Virus record (IMG/VR): IMGVR_UViG_3300029791_000448 | Location: 1-64,000 of that record | Strand: one strand, 5' to 3' | DNA from: a virus | DNA length: 64,000 nucleotides | In this document: piece by piece, positions 18,727-29,391 of the stretch | Position numbering within the stretch: the stretch's first letter is position 1 | How the letters are laid out: each line of letters starts with the position of its first letter | Position numbers and translations under genes: made by a program | Notes under the pieces: model-generated | What the model was told of the DNA's origin: nothing | Database searches by the model: none | Seen by the model: only the letters and a program-made list of their open reading frames with translations

Positions 18727-19395
18727 TCAGCCGTTTGCAAACTCTACGATCAGCCGTCCGTCACCGTCCATTGAAAAGATGAGCTTCAGACCGTCTTCAG
18801 TGGTGAAAGCAAAATAGCCGTCATCCGTAACCGTACAGTTCAAAAGATTTTCAATGAATTTCTGGATGGTGCTGGATTCCGACTTGTCACTGAAGCCGAG
18901 TCCATCCTCCGACACAACGGCAAAATAGCCATCATCCGTGATATACACTTCCAACAGACCTTTACGGATAGCTTCCACCACACCTGCGTAGGTATAGGTG
19001 GCGATCTTGCCGTTGTTGATGGCCGCCCGCTCCACCTTCAATGTGAGGGAGAACGAACCAAGGACATCACCCGCTGTGCTGAGCATAACAACATCCAGCG
19101 GAAACCGCCCGGCCTGTGCGGTCATGAAGGTCGTGATCGTAAAGACGACCGCCCCATTTTCAACAAACACAAGGTCGGATGCTGTTTCGCTGGTGTAGTG
19201 AAAGATCGTACCGTCCGGTCTGGTACCGGAACAGGCAACGATGCAGTCCTGTGGCACGGAATACTGCACCGAGTTGTTATACAAAACACAGCGAACTTTC
19301 CGTGCTTTGTTGTCATACTGCTTAACCGGAACTGTCACCGGGATCAGGTTCTCCGTCAGCGACAGCTCCACTTCCTGATAAATGCTTGTGACCAT
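18727..19395 (-). CDS. Phage tail/baseplate accessory protein with internal duplicated TDDGYFA..EDGL segment, 222 aa
   Basis: Position between Tal and the fibre. Internal repeat TDDGYFAVVSEDGLGF / TDDGYFAFTTEDGLKL. Confidence 0.5.
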   Translation of the reverse strand: MVTSIYQEVELSLTENLIPVTVPVKQYDNKARKVRCVLYNNSVQYSVPQDCIVACSGTRPDGTIFHYTSETASDLVFVENGAVVFTITTFMTAQAGRFPLDVVMLSTAGDVLGSFSLTLKVERAAINNGKIATYTYAGVVEAIRKGLLEVYITDDGYFAVVSEDGLGFSDKSESSTIQKFIENLLNCTVTDDGYFAFTTEDGLKLIFSMDGDGRLIVEFANG

Positions 19396-21359
19396 TACGC
19401 GCCCCCTCCTTCCTGATCGGTCTTCTTATCATCTGTTTCTTCTTTGTTCCCATTATCTTTTCCTTCGGTGTCCGGGTTCTCCGGCTCCGGCTTTTCCGGT
19501 TCCGTCGGTGTGGTCGGTTCCGTTGGCTGTTCCGGCTCATAGCCGATGGTCTGCCACTGTTCTCCATCCCAGAGCTTTAACTGCAGGTTCTTCTTATCGA
19601 CCCAGAGCGTATCTGCTACCGGGGCTTCCGGTGCGGTTTCCGATACCGGGACACTCGGCTGGTACTTTTCATCCAGTTCTTTTTCGACCTCTTCCGACAG
19701 CTTCTTCGCCACACTGTATCTCTCGTCCAACTCCTTTTGCAGATCTTCCGAGATTTCCGTAAGAGTGCCATACCGCTTATCCAGTTCCTCATATAAATCC
19801 TTGGACAGCTTTTTTGCTGTTTCGTACCGCTGATCGAGCGTTTTCTGAAGCTCGGCAGAAATGGCGGTCGCTGTTTTGTACCGCTCATCCAGTTCCTTCA
19901 GCAGCTCCTCGGAAAGCTCCGTGGCTTTCTTATAGCGGTCATCCAGTTCTTTGAGGGTCTGTTCCAGCAGGATCGCTGTCCTGACTGCAGTGTCATCCTC
20001 CTCCCAGCCATAGCCCCACGTCTTACCGCCATCCGTGGATACAAACAACCCGGCAGAGCTGTTCTTCCATGCGACCGTTGACTGTTTCAAAGTCGCCGCA
20101 TTGAATGCATACCGGGTCGTATTTCCCTTATTGTCAGTTTCATTTTTATAATGAAGGCCAAACAGCGCAGCAAAAAGCGTACCGTCATAAATGATGGATG
20201 CCGTGATTCCACCGACCTGCTCTCCCACTGCTGTCTCCGCACGGACTGCCGTATCGTAGGCAATCGTTGCTGTATTCCGGATGCTGTTGAGCGAACCAGT
20301 CAGAGAAGAATTCCGGCTGCTGACCGTGGAGTTCGACAGCGTAATGCTGTTATAGCGTTCCAGTAGCGCATCATACTCGGTTTCGGTGACTTTGGAACTG
20401 ACCTCAATGCCCAGCTTTGAGATATACACATGGACCGTATCGCAAAGGGAGACACGCTCTGCTTCCACGATGTCCTCATACCCCGACGTATTCCAGAGCT
20501 GTAAAAAGTCGATCTTGATGTCGATCTCCGGCTCCGTTAAGTCCGTGGTGTCGATATAGTTCTGTGCGTATTCCCGGAGTGCCGCTTCACTCGGCTTTTC
20601 CTGAAAATTGCTGGTACAGTCCAGCACGGTAACCTTCTGGTAAGGAATTGACCGTTTGCTTTGCAGCACCACCTTCTCCGGCAGTTCCATAACCGCCTGG
20701 GTTTCATTGTCCACCCAGTACGGATGCACACCAGTGATCGTGTTCTCGATGGATTTTTCCATCTTGAAATCCGTCAGGTTCTTACCGTAGATGATGTGGA
20801 CATTGTGATCCGCACCTCTGGTTTTATGAAACTTGACCGTATACCGGTTCCACTCGAATTCACCGCCAAAAACATCCAGAACTGACCCGGTCATACCTCC
20901 AAGGCAGTTTCGGAAGGAGGATGGAACTCCCAGCGTAAAGGTTGCACTGGATTCCACATCCGTCCAGACATTAAACGGACAGTCAGAAGCCGCATGGCTT
21001 TTCAGCCCCTGCATTGCTCCCGCACACCCAGTCACTGAGAACGGGGAAACTGTGATGAAGTTCAGCTGGTAGGAAATGTGCCGAGCCTGAACTTCCAGCT
21101 TTCCATCTATCGGGGTCGTGATCTTGTAGATGCGGAACGGCTGAGACTGCATGGTATCGGATGGCTTGGCAAGGATGATATTCCCCTCCTCCAGCATCTC
21201 TGCATGGATGCCATCTGCCGGACAGACCAGCTTCAGTTCATAGCTTCCGTTTCTCTTTTCCGTTACGGTACAAGACTGTGCATCTGCCAGCTTTCCAATA
21301 CCGTTATGATTGAACTTCATCTCTGTTGATGCATATAAACATGGGATCACTGGCTGCAC
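19395..21359 (-). CDS. Tail-associated lysin-type (Tal) protein, siphovirus prophage tail endopeptidase family, 654 aa
   Basis: Position after Dit. The conserved N-terminal Tal region is followed by six tandem 18-aa ELD-x-RY repeats and a PEPT-rich C-terminus. Confidence 0.75.
   Translation of the reverse strand: MQPVIPCLYASTEMKFNHNGIGKLADAQSCTVTEKRNGSYELKLVCPADGIHAEMLEEGNIILAKPSDTMQSQPFRIYKITTPIDGKLEVQARHISYQLNFITVSPFSVTGCAGAMQGLKSHAASDCPFNVWTDVESSATFTLGVPSSFRNCLGGMTGSVLDVFGGEFEWNRYTVKFHKTRGADHNVHIIYGKNLTDFKMEKSIENTITGVHPYWVDNETQAVMELPEKVVLQSKRSIPYQKVTVLDCTSNFQEKPSEAALREYAQNYIDTTDLTEPEIDIKIDFLQLWNTSGYEDIVEAERVSLCDTVHVYISKLGIEVSSKVTETEYDALLERYNSITLSNSTVSSRNSSLTGSLNSIRNTATIAYDTAVRAETAVGEQVGGITASIIYDGTLFAALFGLHYKNETDNKGNTTRYAFNAATLKQSTVAWKNSSAGLFVSTDGGKTWGYGWEEDDTAVRTAILLEQTLKELDDRYKKATELSEELLKELDERYKTATAISAELQKTLDQRYETAKKLSKDLYEELDKRYGTLTEISEDLQKELDERYSVAKKLSEEVEKELDEKYQPSVPVSETAPEAPVADTLWVDKKNLQLKLWDGEQWQTIGYEPEQPTEPTTPTEPEKPEPENPDTEGKDNGNKEETDDKKTDQEGGGA
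19620..19990. repeat. Tandem 54-nt (18-aa) coding repeats, about 6 copies, within the Tal gene
   Basis: Repeated LKELDDRYKKATELSEEL-type units. The periodic pattern is also visible in the plus-strand frames. Confidence 0.6.
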
Positions 21360-21366
21360 CTCCCTC

Positions 21367-22149
21367 TTACAGCGTCCACCAGCGTGGAGTCACCTCCACC
21401 GCCGTGATGCCGCCTGTCCATGCGATTTGTGTCTTTCCCTCCGGCAGTTCCGGGAAATCATCCGAAAGGATGGTCTCATTGCAGAAGCCGGAAGCGTTGT
21501 AAGCGTTGTGCGTTTCACAGTTGAGCAGCACGTAGTCCTTGATGCTGTGGATGGTGATCTTCTCCTCACCCACATACAGTTCGCCGCCAGAATCCCCGTA
21601 GATCTTGAAGATAGGCTGTGCCGGAAAAGCGAATGGGTTCTTTAAGGTCGACCTGCCATCCAGCCGGATCACCCTCTGCCCATCCACGCTCCAACGCTGG
21701 GGCTTACAGTTGAATGTCAGCTCCATCTCAGCGGCTTTCTGGGCTGTCACATCAAATTCCAGGGCGTCCTTGCAAACTGCCATCCGGAAGAAATCCGGGT
21801 CGTAGGTGTCCTGCAATTTCTGATACCCGATCGGAGATAACAGCCATGCCTTGACCGCTGCGGTCTTGGCAGGCAGACCGTTGAAGAAAAATGCCTTATA
21901 CTTGATATCCACGTTCTGATACCTACGCCTGCCTGTCCTTGCATTCTCGGTGATGATGTCCCCGTTCCTGCCGGGTACGGAGGTGCTCTCCACATCCGCA
22001 GCCGGGGAATCATACACACCGGGACCAGACAAATATAAAAGGAAGTCCTTGCTGGACTTCCCGGCAAAGGACAGATACTGTCTGGCATATCTGCCTTTGA
22101 GCTGAAACTGTGATACTGTCTGCTTTGGGGTGTTATAGCCCATACGCAT
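21367..22149 (-). CDS. Distal tail protein (Dit), 260 aa
   Basis: Size and position immediately downstream of the tape measure gene. Confidence 0.7.
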   Translation of the reverse strand: MRMGYNTPKQTVSQFQLKGRYARQYLSFAGKSSKDFLLYLSGPGVYDSPAADVESTSVPGRNGDIITENARTGRRRYQNVDIKYKAFFFNGLPAKTAAVKAWLLSPIGYQKLQDTYDPDFFRMAVCKDALEFDVTAQKAAEMELTFNCKPQRWSVDGQRVIRLDGRSTLKNPFAFPAQPIFKIYGDSGGELYVGEEKITIHSIKDYVLLNCETHNAYNASGFCNETILSDDFPELPEGKTQIAWTGGITAVEVTPRWWTL

Positions 22150-22157
22150 CTCCTCCT

Positions 22158-25100
22158 TTACTTGAAGACCGAATCATCCTCGTGGATCATGCCGTTGATC
22201 TTATCGGCAACGGTCTGTGCGAGTTCATCATCGTTCCGGGCATTGTAGCCGTTGACCGTGATATATACGCCACCAAGGTTGGTCGTCCGGGTGGTACCGC
22301 CTCCGGCCAGAGCCGCCTGCGGGAAGTTCCAGCCAGAGCCATCGAAGTGCGGCAGGGTCAGTTCCGGCAGACTGAAGGAACTGATGCCCTCCATACCCTG
22401 CTGCACCTTTGCTGCCATCGACTTGATCTGGCTGATTAGTCCGCCCTCGCCTTTCTTGATGCCGCCGGAAAGCAGCTTCATAAAGTCTGGCATATAGGTG
22501 TCTGCATCTGCCAGAGGTCCTTCATCCGGCACAGAGAAGTGCAGGAACGAACGGATACCGCTTGCCACACTCTTGACCGCACTGCCGACCCAGCTCACAC
22601 CCTTCTTGATGCCTCCTGCAATACCGCCAACGATATCCTTGCCCCAGCTGACTGCCGAGGAAGCCACGTTCTTGATACCGCCCCAGATGGACGATGCCAC
22701 GTTGCCGATGGCAGAAGCCGCATTGGAGATACCGTTCTTGATGGCATTTACTCCATTCGAGAATACCGAAGTGACCTTGTTCCAGATATTCGTGACTCCT
22801 TCCCGGAAGCCATCGCAGTTTTTCCAGAGAGCGGTCAGTCCAAGACCGATGCCGCCAACGGCCGCCACTGCGATACCTGCAGGACCCGCCAGACCAGCAA
22901 GTGCTGTGCCTGCGGATGCGAGGAAACCACCTGCGGAGCTTGCTACGCCTGCAAGAGCCGTACCCGCACCTGCCGCCAGACCAGATACGGCCGTGCCAAC
23001 CGAGCCGAACAGTCCTGCGATTGCGGAGCCGGCAGAACCAGTAATTCCGCCCAATGTGGAACCCACACCAGACAGAAGCCCAGAAAGACTGCCGCCTAAG
23101 CCGCCGATCTTCGTCACTACACCGGAAAGCAGCCCGCCCAGATTCGACAGGATTCCCCCACCGCTGGAGCCAAGGCTTCCCAGCTTCGAGATGATACCGG
23201 AGATTCCCTCTCCCAGACCGCCCATTTTGGAGGTCAGCCCGGAGATCAGGTTGCCAAAGTTCGACACGATCTGACCGCCATCTGCGCTACCAATCTTCGA
23301 CAGGAAACTGCCGATGTTGGACAGCAGACCGCCTCCGTTTTCTGTACCGAGGACGTTGCCGAGGTTCTGCATCGTATTTCCGAGGTTCCCGATGGTGTTC
23401 TTCATGGAGCCGAGCTTGTCCACAAGGCCCGTGACCGTATTGACCGTGTCACCGACTTTGCTGATGCCGCTTCCCAGGTTCTTTAGGAAGTCCGAATTGA
23501 AGGTATCGCCAAGGCTGCGGATCGCATTCCCAAGGGAACTGGTCTGAGAACTCAGTTCTCCAATGGAATCCTTCATATCCGTAAAGCCCTGCTTCACTTC
23601 ATCGCTCATACTGCCGACTGCAGTTTTGGTGATGCCCTGCAGGTCAGTCCAGAGCTGCTGGAACTGGGTCTTCACCCCGGAAAGCCCGGACATGAGCTGG
23701 GTCTGGATGCCACTGCCCACATCCCTTGCAGCACTGCCGATACCGCTCTGACTTTTCTTGATCGTGGTAGCAAAACTGCCGACCACAGAATCCATCCAAT
23801 CGCCCAGCGAATCCACCGGGGTCGTGAGGTTGCTGCTCATAGACCCAGCAAGTCCCTGCACGGCTTTCACCACCGACTTGACATTTTTCTTAATGCCGGT
23901 CGCCAGCAACTTCATGAAGTCCGGCATATAGGTGTCTGCATCGGACAGAGGTCCTTCGTCCGGCACAGAGAAATGCAACAGACTTCTGACCCTGCTTGCA
24001 ACATTTTCTGCCGCTGCAATCACGGAACCAGCCGCTGCCCGGACACCTGCCGCCATCTGGGAACAGATATCTGCACCCCAGCGGTATGCCGAAGAAGCAA
24101 TCGAACCGAGCGAGTTAAAGCTGCTCCTGATACTTGCAACACCAGAAGAAACCGTGCTGCGCAGGCTGGACATTGCCGAAGACACCGTGGACTTGATGCT
24201 GTTGAAAGCAGAGGCCGTAGTGGATTTCAGTGTGTTCCAGCCGCTTGTGACCGTACTACGGACAGCTGTGACAGAAGAAGTCGTAAGGGACTTGATACTA
24301 TTCCATGCAGTCGTAATGACTGTTTTGATACCATTCCAGCTAGTGTTTGTCAGAGTTTTCACTGCGTTCCATGCGCTGGTCATGGACGATTTTACAGAAG
24401 CAGTCGCCGAAGTAGTCAGAGACTTAATTCCGTTCCATGCTGTGGTGATAACGCTCTTGATTCCGTTCCAGCTGGTCGTTGTCAGCGACTTCACTGCATT
24501 CCATGCACTCATCATGGACGTTTTCACTGCTACTGTTGCGGAAATCACATTAGATTTCACCGCCGCAAAGCTGGTTTGGATGGTGGTCTTGATACTGTTC
24601 CATGTGCTTGTGGTACTGGTCGTAATGGAACTCCATGCGGATCTCATCGCGGCACTTACACCTACCGTTCCGGTTTTCACCGTCTGGCTGATGGCTGCCC
24701 AGCTCTTACTGTATGCCTGCTCTACTCCCCTCATGGAGTTGGTAATGGAGGTAGACAGCGTGGTGGACAGGTTCTCTGCCGCCGCAGTCACAAGACCGGT
24801 ATTGGTCGTGATGCCGTTTGCCACTCCCTGCATGAAGTCCGGCATCCAGCTTTCCATATCCGCCAACGGTCCTTCATCTGGTACAGAGAAGTGCAGGAAG
24901 GAACGGATACGGTCCGCCACTCCCGATACGGCACTTGCCACATCCTGAATTCTCGACTGGATACCGGACACAATGTTGCCGATCATGTCAGAGCCCCACG
25001 AAAATGCCTGTCCAGCCAGCCCCTTGATAAAGGAGACTGCACTGTTAAAGCCGTTCGTGATGGTGTTTTTGATACCGGAAATCGTAGAGGAAATCCCGGA

Positions 25101-28100
25101 TTTCATCGAATTAAAGGCTGTGATCGCCGCGCTCTTGATGCTGTTACTGAGGGACGAAACCGTAGACTTCATGGCATTCCAGCCGGAGGAAACCACCGAT
25201 TTGATGCTGTTAACCACACCGGAGATCCTGCTGCTGATGGCGCTCCAGATGGAAGAAACCGTGGACTGGATTGCAGAAAGGACTGTCGAAATGACCGTCT
25301 TGATTGCATTCCATGCCGTACTCATCCGGGTCTGGATGCCAGTCAGCAGCGGAGACAGGAACGATACAATGGCATTCCACACCGTCGTCACTGCAGTCTG
25401 GATCGCAGTCAGCACCGTGGAGATGGCTGTCTGGATCGCAGACCAAACCGTAGAGAAAGTCGTCTGCAATCCGGTCAACATCGGGGTCACAAAAGCGACG
25501 ATGGCGTTCCAGATGGAAGTAATCTTCGTCTGAATCGCGGTCAGTGCTGCGCCGATCAGGATCTGGATTGCCTGCCAGATGGTCTCAAACAGATATTTGA
25601 ACGCATCCAGCAGAGGTTTCATGGTGTTGTAGATTCCGTTCCACACTGTAGTGATCGTGGTACTGATGGTGTTCATGACCGTAGAGATTGCGGTCGAGAT
25701 CGCCGTCCACACAGTTATCACCGTGGTATGGATCGTATTCAGCACAGAAGAAACTGCTGTGGAAATAGCCGTCCAGATCGTGCTGAAAGTCGTCTGGATA
25801 CTGGTAAGGACTGTGTTAAAGAAGCCCGAAACAGCAGTAAACACAGTCGTTGCTACACTTTGGATGGTAGAAACTGTGTTTGAAAAGAAGCTGCTGATTC
25901 CACTCCACACGGTCTCGAAGAAGCTCTTGATACTGCCCCAGACCGTCTGCCAGTCCGTACCGAACAGACCGAGGAACACATCCAGTGCGCTCTTTAGTGC
26001 GGTAAGCGTCGTGGAGAATACAGACTTCACACCATCCCAGATGCTGGAGAAGATGCCTTTTACTGCTTCCCATGCGCCGCTCCAGTTGCCGGAGAACACA
26101 TTGGAAAAGACATCGAACAGGCCAAGCAATGTATCCAGAACCACACCGAGAATGGTGGCAATATTCTGGAATGCTCCCTCAAACAGCGGTGCAAGCACCT
26201 GACAGAAGCCATCCCAAACTGCTTTCAGTACCTCAGTGACATCCTTAAAATCAAAGCCCAGCCCGTTGATCCGCTGTGTCAGCTGGTCGCAGAAGCCTTT
26301 CACCTTGGAAACAATGTCGTTCCAGATGCCGGTAATGGCAGTACGGAACTCCTCGTTGGTGTTCCAGAGATTCATGAACGCTGCCACCAGCGTACCGATG
26401 ACCGCCACCACGGCTACGACCGGCCCGGACAGACCACCCAGAACCACACCCAGCTTGCTGAACACACCGCTGGCACTGCCCACATGGGTGATGAGAAGCC
26501 GGACACCCTTTGCAAGAGAACTGAATCCCCGCATCGCTGTGCCGACGGTCGATATGGTCTTGCCCAGCACAATGAGCAGCGGACCGATGGATGCTGCCAA
26601 GAGCCCTATCTTGATGATTGTTTCCCTGGTACTTTCATCCATGCTGTTGAGCTTGTCCACGAACTGCTGCACGGCAGATACGATCTTGCGGATGGTGGGC
26701 ATCAGAATGTCGCCAAAAGAAATAGCCAGCTCCTCCAGCTGAGATTTCAGGATGGTGAGCTGACCATTTAAATTGTCCTGCATAGTCTCTGCCATGCTCT
26801 CGGATGCGCCATCGCAGTTTTCAATGGCTCCACGCAGTTTGTTGATGTCTGTCTCGCTGGAATTCATCAGGGCAAGGAAGCCGGACATGGCATTCTTGCC
26901 AACCAGTGCCTCTGCATTGGATGCTTTTTCAGATTCAGTCAAGCCAGAAAATGCTACACGGCAGTCTGCAAGGATATCGTTCAGGCTCCTCATACTGCCA
27001 TCTGCATTGCTGGTGGCAATCGTAACTTCACCGATGTTCTTGCCCGCAAAGGTCACTTCACCGGAAAGGTTGTTCATGATGGTACGAAGGGACGTACCAG
27101 CCTGCGAAGCCTTGATACCACTGTTTGCCATCAGACCGATGGCTTCTGCGGTATCCTCTGCCGAGAACCCCAGCGCACCGGCGATAGGCGCGCAGTACTT
27201 GAACGTCTCGCCCATCAAGCTGACGTTGGTATTCGCATTGGAGGAAGCGGCTGCAAGGATATCTGCAAAATGCCCGGAATCCGCAGCAGATAAGCCGAAC
27301 GCGGTAAGAGCATCCGTGACGATATCCGAAGTCGTGGCGAGGTCTTCACCGGACGCCGCCGCGAGGTTCATGATACCTTCGATACCATTCAGCATGTCCC
27401 CCGTTTTCCATCCGGCCATGGCCATATATTCCATTGCCGAAGCTGCCTCAGATGCGGAGAACTTGGTCTTCGCACCCATCTCACGGGCTTTCGCACGAAG
27501 CTGGTCAAAGTCATCCCCTGTTGCACCGGAAATGGCAGAAACCTTGCTCATCTCGGAATCAAAGTCGGCTGCGGTCTTCACTGCGGCAGTGCCAAGACCC
27601 GTTACAGCGGCAGTCACCGGCAGGAACTTCTTACCGACATTCTCCACAGAAGACCCGATGTTCTGGAGCTTTTCTCCGGCTTCATCGATCTTGGCAAGGG
27701 TCGCATTCGTGGTCGCCGCCTGATCCTGTAAGGATCGCAGATTCTGTTCGGTCTCCACGATCTCACGCTGGAGGGCATCGTACTGCTGCTGGGTGATCTC
27801 ACCGTTGGCAAGCTGCTCATTGGCCTGCTGTGCGGCAGTTTTCAGAGTTGCCAGCTTTTCCTTGGTGGCTTCAATGGCATCCTTGAGCATCTTCTGCTTC
27901 TGGACGACCAGCTCTGTATTAGAGGGGTCCAGTTTCAGGAGTTTATTGACATCCTTCAGTCCGGACTGCGTCCCCTTGATTGACTTGTTTACACTTTCCA
28001 GTGCTTTGGAGAGCTTTGTGGTATCGCCGCCGATCTCAACGGTGATGCCCTGGATTCTGGATGCCATTTGTGTAACCACCTCCTCGCAGGCATAAGAAAA

Positions 28101-28112
28101 GCCCATCTGCAC
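22158..28112 (-). CDS. Tail tape measure protein (TP901-family), 1984 aa
   Basis: TMP core motif MAMAGWKTGDMLNGIEGIMNLAAASGEDL, long low-complexity T/S/A-rich helical repeats, Gly-rich segment, and three copies of the module RSFLHFSVPDEGPLAD..YMPDFM. Confidence 0.9.
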   Translation of the reverse strand: MQMGFSYACEEVVTQMASRIQGITVEIGGDTTKLSKALESVNKSIKGTQSGLKDVNKLLKLDPSNTELVVQKQKMLKDAIEATKEKLATLKTAAQQANEQLANGEITQQQYDALQREIVETEQNLRSLQDQAATTNATLAKIDEAGEKLQNIGSSVENVGKKFLPVTAAVTGLGTAAVKTAADFDSEMSKVSAISGATGDDFDQLRAKAREMGAKTKFSASEAASAMEYMAMAGWKTGDMLNGIEGIMNLAAASGEDLATTSDIVTDALTAFGLSAADSGHFADILAAASSNANTNVSLMGETFKYCAPIAGALGFSAEDTAEAIGLMANSGIKASQAGTSLRTIMNNLSGEVTFAGKNIGEVTIATSNADGSMRSLNDILADCRVAFSGLTESEKASNAEALVGKNAMSGFLALMNSSETDINKLRGAIENCDGASESMAETMQDNLNGQLTILKSQLEELAISFGDILMPTIRKIVSAVQQFVDKLNSMDESTRETIIKIGLLAASIGPLLIVLGKTISTVGTAMRGFSSLAKGVRLLITHVGSASGVFSKLGVVLGGLSGPVVAVVAVIGTLVAAFMNLWNTNEEFRTAITGIWNDIVSKVKGFCDQLTQRINGLGFDFKDVTEVLKAVWDGFCQVLAPLFEGAFQNIATILGVVLDTLLGLFDVFSNVFSGNWSGAWEAVKGIFSSIWDGVKSVFSTTLTALKSALDVFLGLFGTDWQTVWGSIKSFFETVWSGISSFFSNTVSTIQSVATTVFTAVSGFFNTVLTSIQTTFSTIWTAISTAVSSVLNTIHTTVITVWTAISTAISTVMNTISTTITTVWNGIYNTMKPLLDAFKYLFETIWQAIQILIGAALTAIQTKITSIWNAIVAFVTPMLTGLQTTFSTVWSAIQTAISTVLTAIQTAVTTVWNAIVSFLSPLLTGIQTRMSTAWNAIKTVISTVLSAIQSTVSSIWSAISSRISGVVNSIKSVVSSGWNAMKSTVSSLSNSIKSAAITAFNSMKSGISSTISGIKNTITNGFNSAVSFIKGLAGQAFSWGSDMIGNIVSGIQSRIQDVASAVSGVADRIRSFLHFSVPDEGPLADMESWMPDFMQGVANGITTNTGLVTAAAENLSTTLSTSITNSMRGVEQAYSKSWAAISQTVKTGTVGVSAAMRSAWSSITTSTTSTWNSIKTTIQTSFAAVKSNVISATVAVKTSMMSAWNAVKSLTTTSWNGIKSVITTAWNGIKSLTTSATASVKSSMTSAWNAVKTLTNTSWNGIKTVITTAWNSIKSLTTSSVTAVRSTVTSGWNTLKSTTASAFNSIKSTVSSAMSSLRSTVSSGVASIRSSFNSLGSIASSAYRWGADICSQMAAGVRAAAGSVIAAAENVASRVRSLLHFSVPDEGPLSDADTYMPDFMKLLATGIKKNVKSVVKAVQGLAGSMSSNLTTPVDSLGDWMDSVVGSFATTIKKSQSGIGSAARDVGSGIQTQLMSGLSGVKTQFQQLWTDLQGITKTAVGSMSDEVKQGFTDMKDSIGELSSQTSSLGNAIRSLGDTFNSDFLKNLGSGISKVGDTVNTVTGLVDKLGSMKNTIGNLGNTMQNLGNVLGTENGGGLLSNIGSFLSKIGSADGGQIVSNFGNLISGLTSKMGGLGEGISGIISKLGSLGSSGGGILSNLGGLLSGVVTKIGGLGGSLSGLLSGVGSTLGGITGSAGSAIAGLFGSVGTAVSGLAAGAGTALAGVASSAGGFLASAGTALAGLAGPAGIAVAAVGGIGLGLTALWKNCDGFREGVTNIWNKVTSVFSNGVNAIKNGISNAASAIGNVASSIWGGIKNVASSAVSWGKDIVGGIAGGIKKGVSWVGSAVKSVASGIRSFLHFSVPDEGPLADADTYMPDFMKLLSGGIKKGEGGLISQIKSMAAKVQQGMEGISSFSLPELTLPHFDGSGWNFPQAALAGGGTTRTTNLGGVYITVNGYNARNDDELAQTVADKINGMIHEDDSVFK

Positions 28113-28221
28113 AGGGCAGACAGGCGGAAAATAATCTGAAATTTACAATTCTGTCGTTGCTAAGCGGCAGAAAAAGAGCTATACTTAAATTGAGAAATTG
28201 TACTCAAAGGAGGTACGCTCT

Positions 28222-28443
28222 ATGAGTGAATATAATATTGACATTGCCGATATGCAGTGCTGGGTTTTCCGCATGGCTCAGTCCAAGTGGAAAATGTCTC
28301 CCAGCGACTGTGCTGAACTGTTTAAGAAATACGACATTCTTGGATTTATTTCTGAATGCTATGACATCCTTCATCTAAACGGTTACGCCTGTGTTCTTCA
28401 CGATGTTGAAACCTTGTTAAAGAATCGAGGTGTATCCGTATGA
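28222..28443 (+). CDS. DUF3791-like small protein, about 73 aa
   Basis: ATG with AAAGGAGG RBS. Plus strand within minus-strand tail genes. Pattern ...F..Y.ILGFISECYDILHLNG...DVETLL is similar to the third gene of this cassette. Confidence 0.55.
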   Translation: MSEYNIDIADMQCWVFRMAQSKWKMSPSDCAELFKKYDILGFISECYDILHLNGYACVLHDVETLLKNRGVSV

Positions 28444-29021
28444 TCGAATTGCAGGATGGGATGCTTCTGTACCACGGTAGCTACATTGGTATCCCGGCGA
28501 TTGACCTGAATCGCTGCTTTGGTGGACTCGATTTTGGCCGAGGTTTTTATCTTACATCTTCCTACGAGCAAGCGTACAATTACGTTCAGCTTTCGGTTAG
28601 GAAAGCGATGCGTATTGGTACAGTTCCAAAAGATTTCAACCCGGAAGACGGACAGATATCTGTTTACAAATTCCACTACGATCCCAACATATTAGCTTAC
28701 TGTTTCCAAGGAGCCTCTGTTGAATGGCTTCATTTTGTAGCAGCAAACCGAAAAAAGGATTTGTTCCCACAACTTTTGAAAAAATACGGCACCATCGACA
28801 TCATCGGTGGAAAAATTGCAGATGACCAAACAGCCCACACCTTACAGCAGTATATCGGTGGCGTTGACTTTGGTATCCCCGGCACACCGAAAGCAGACAA
28901 AATAGCTATTGAAAAACTTCTTCCCAATCGCCTAAAAGACCAATTCTGTTTTCGCACGCAGGACGCCGTTAATCATCTTGAATATATAAGGAGTGACCGC
29001 TATGGAGATGTCAAACTATAA
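28440..29021 (+). CDS. DUF3990-like protein (possibly ADP-ribosyltransferase-fold), 193 aa
   Basis: N-terminal LYHGS motif and DUF3990-like organisation. Start overlaps the preceding stop (ATGA). AT-rich relative to flanks. Confidence 0.6.
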   Translation: MIELQDGMLLYHGSYIGIPAIDLNRCFGGLDFGRGFYLTSSYEQAYNYVQLSVRKAMRIGTVPKDFNPEDGQISVYKFHYDPNILAYCFQGASVEWLHFVAANRKKDLFPQLLKKYGTIDIIGGKIADDQTAHTLQQYIGGVDFGIPGTPKADKIAIEKLLPNRLKDQFCFRTQDAVNHLEYIRSDRYGDVKL

Positions 29022-29244
29022 CTTCACAGATACGCAGAAAGAAAGCTGTGCTGTCAGTCTCATGCGCGATACGGTCAAAGAACTCGCTTTGCGTGATACT
29101 ATTTCCTATGAAGATGCACTGTTACGCTTCACAAATTCAAAAGTATATGAAACACTTTTCGACTATGATACCGGAATTTGGAGAGAAAGCCCCGACTATC
29201 TTCTGAATCTCTATGACTATTGCAATTCTAAAAAGACTGCCTAA
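29002..29244 (+). CDS. DUF3791-like small protein, about 80 aa
   Basis: AGGAG RBS then ATG at 29002 (a GTG at 28993 is also possible). Motifs ALLRFTNSKVYETLFDYDTGIWRESPDYL. Confidence 0.55.
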   Translation: MEMSNYNFTDTQKESCAVSLMRDTVKELALRDTISYEDALLRFTNSKVYETLFDYDTGIWRESPDYLLNLYDYCNSKKTA

Positions 29245-29360
29245 GTTTTTTTCTACCTGACTAGCACTACTAAATCGGCTATACTTTCAGCAGCAATCAG
29301 GTTTCGGTAACCTTGCGAGGTCCGAGGCCGGGAAGATGACCTTTAGGCCACCTTCTTTCT

Positions 29361-29391
29361 CCCCCAGTTGTGCACGGCTGGGGGATTTTTT
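29361..29391 (+). terminator. Rho-independent terminator of the plus-strand moron cassette
   Basis: CCCCCAG-N10-CTGGGGG followed by ATTTTTT. Confidence 0.6.

Noticed and set aside
22498-23274. Plus-strand ORFs with proline-rich products inside the tape measure gene
   Set aside because: Mirror-frame artefacts of the T/S/A-rich TMP repeats.
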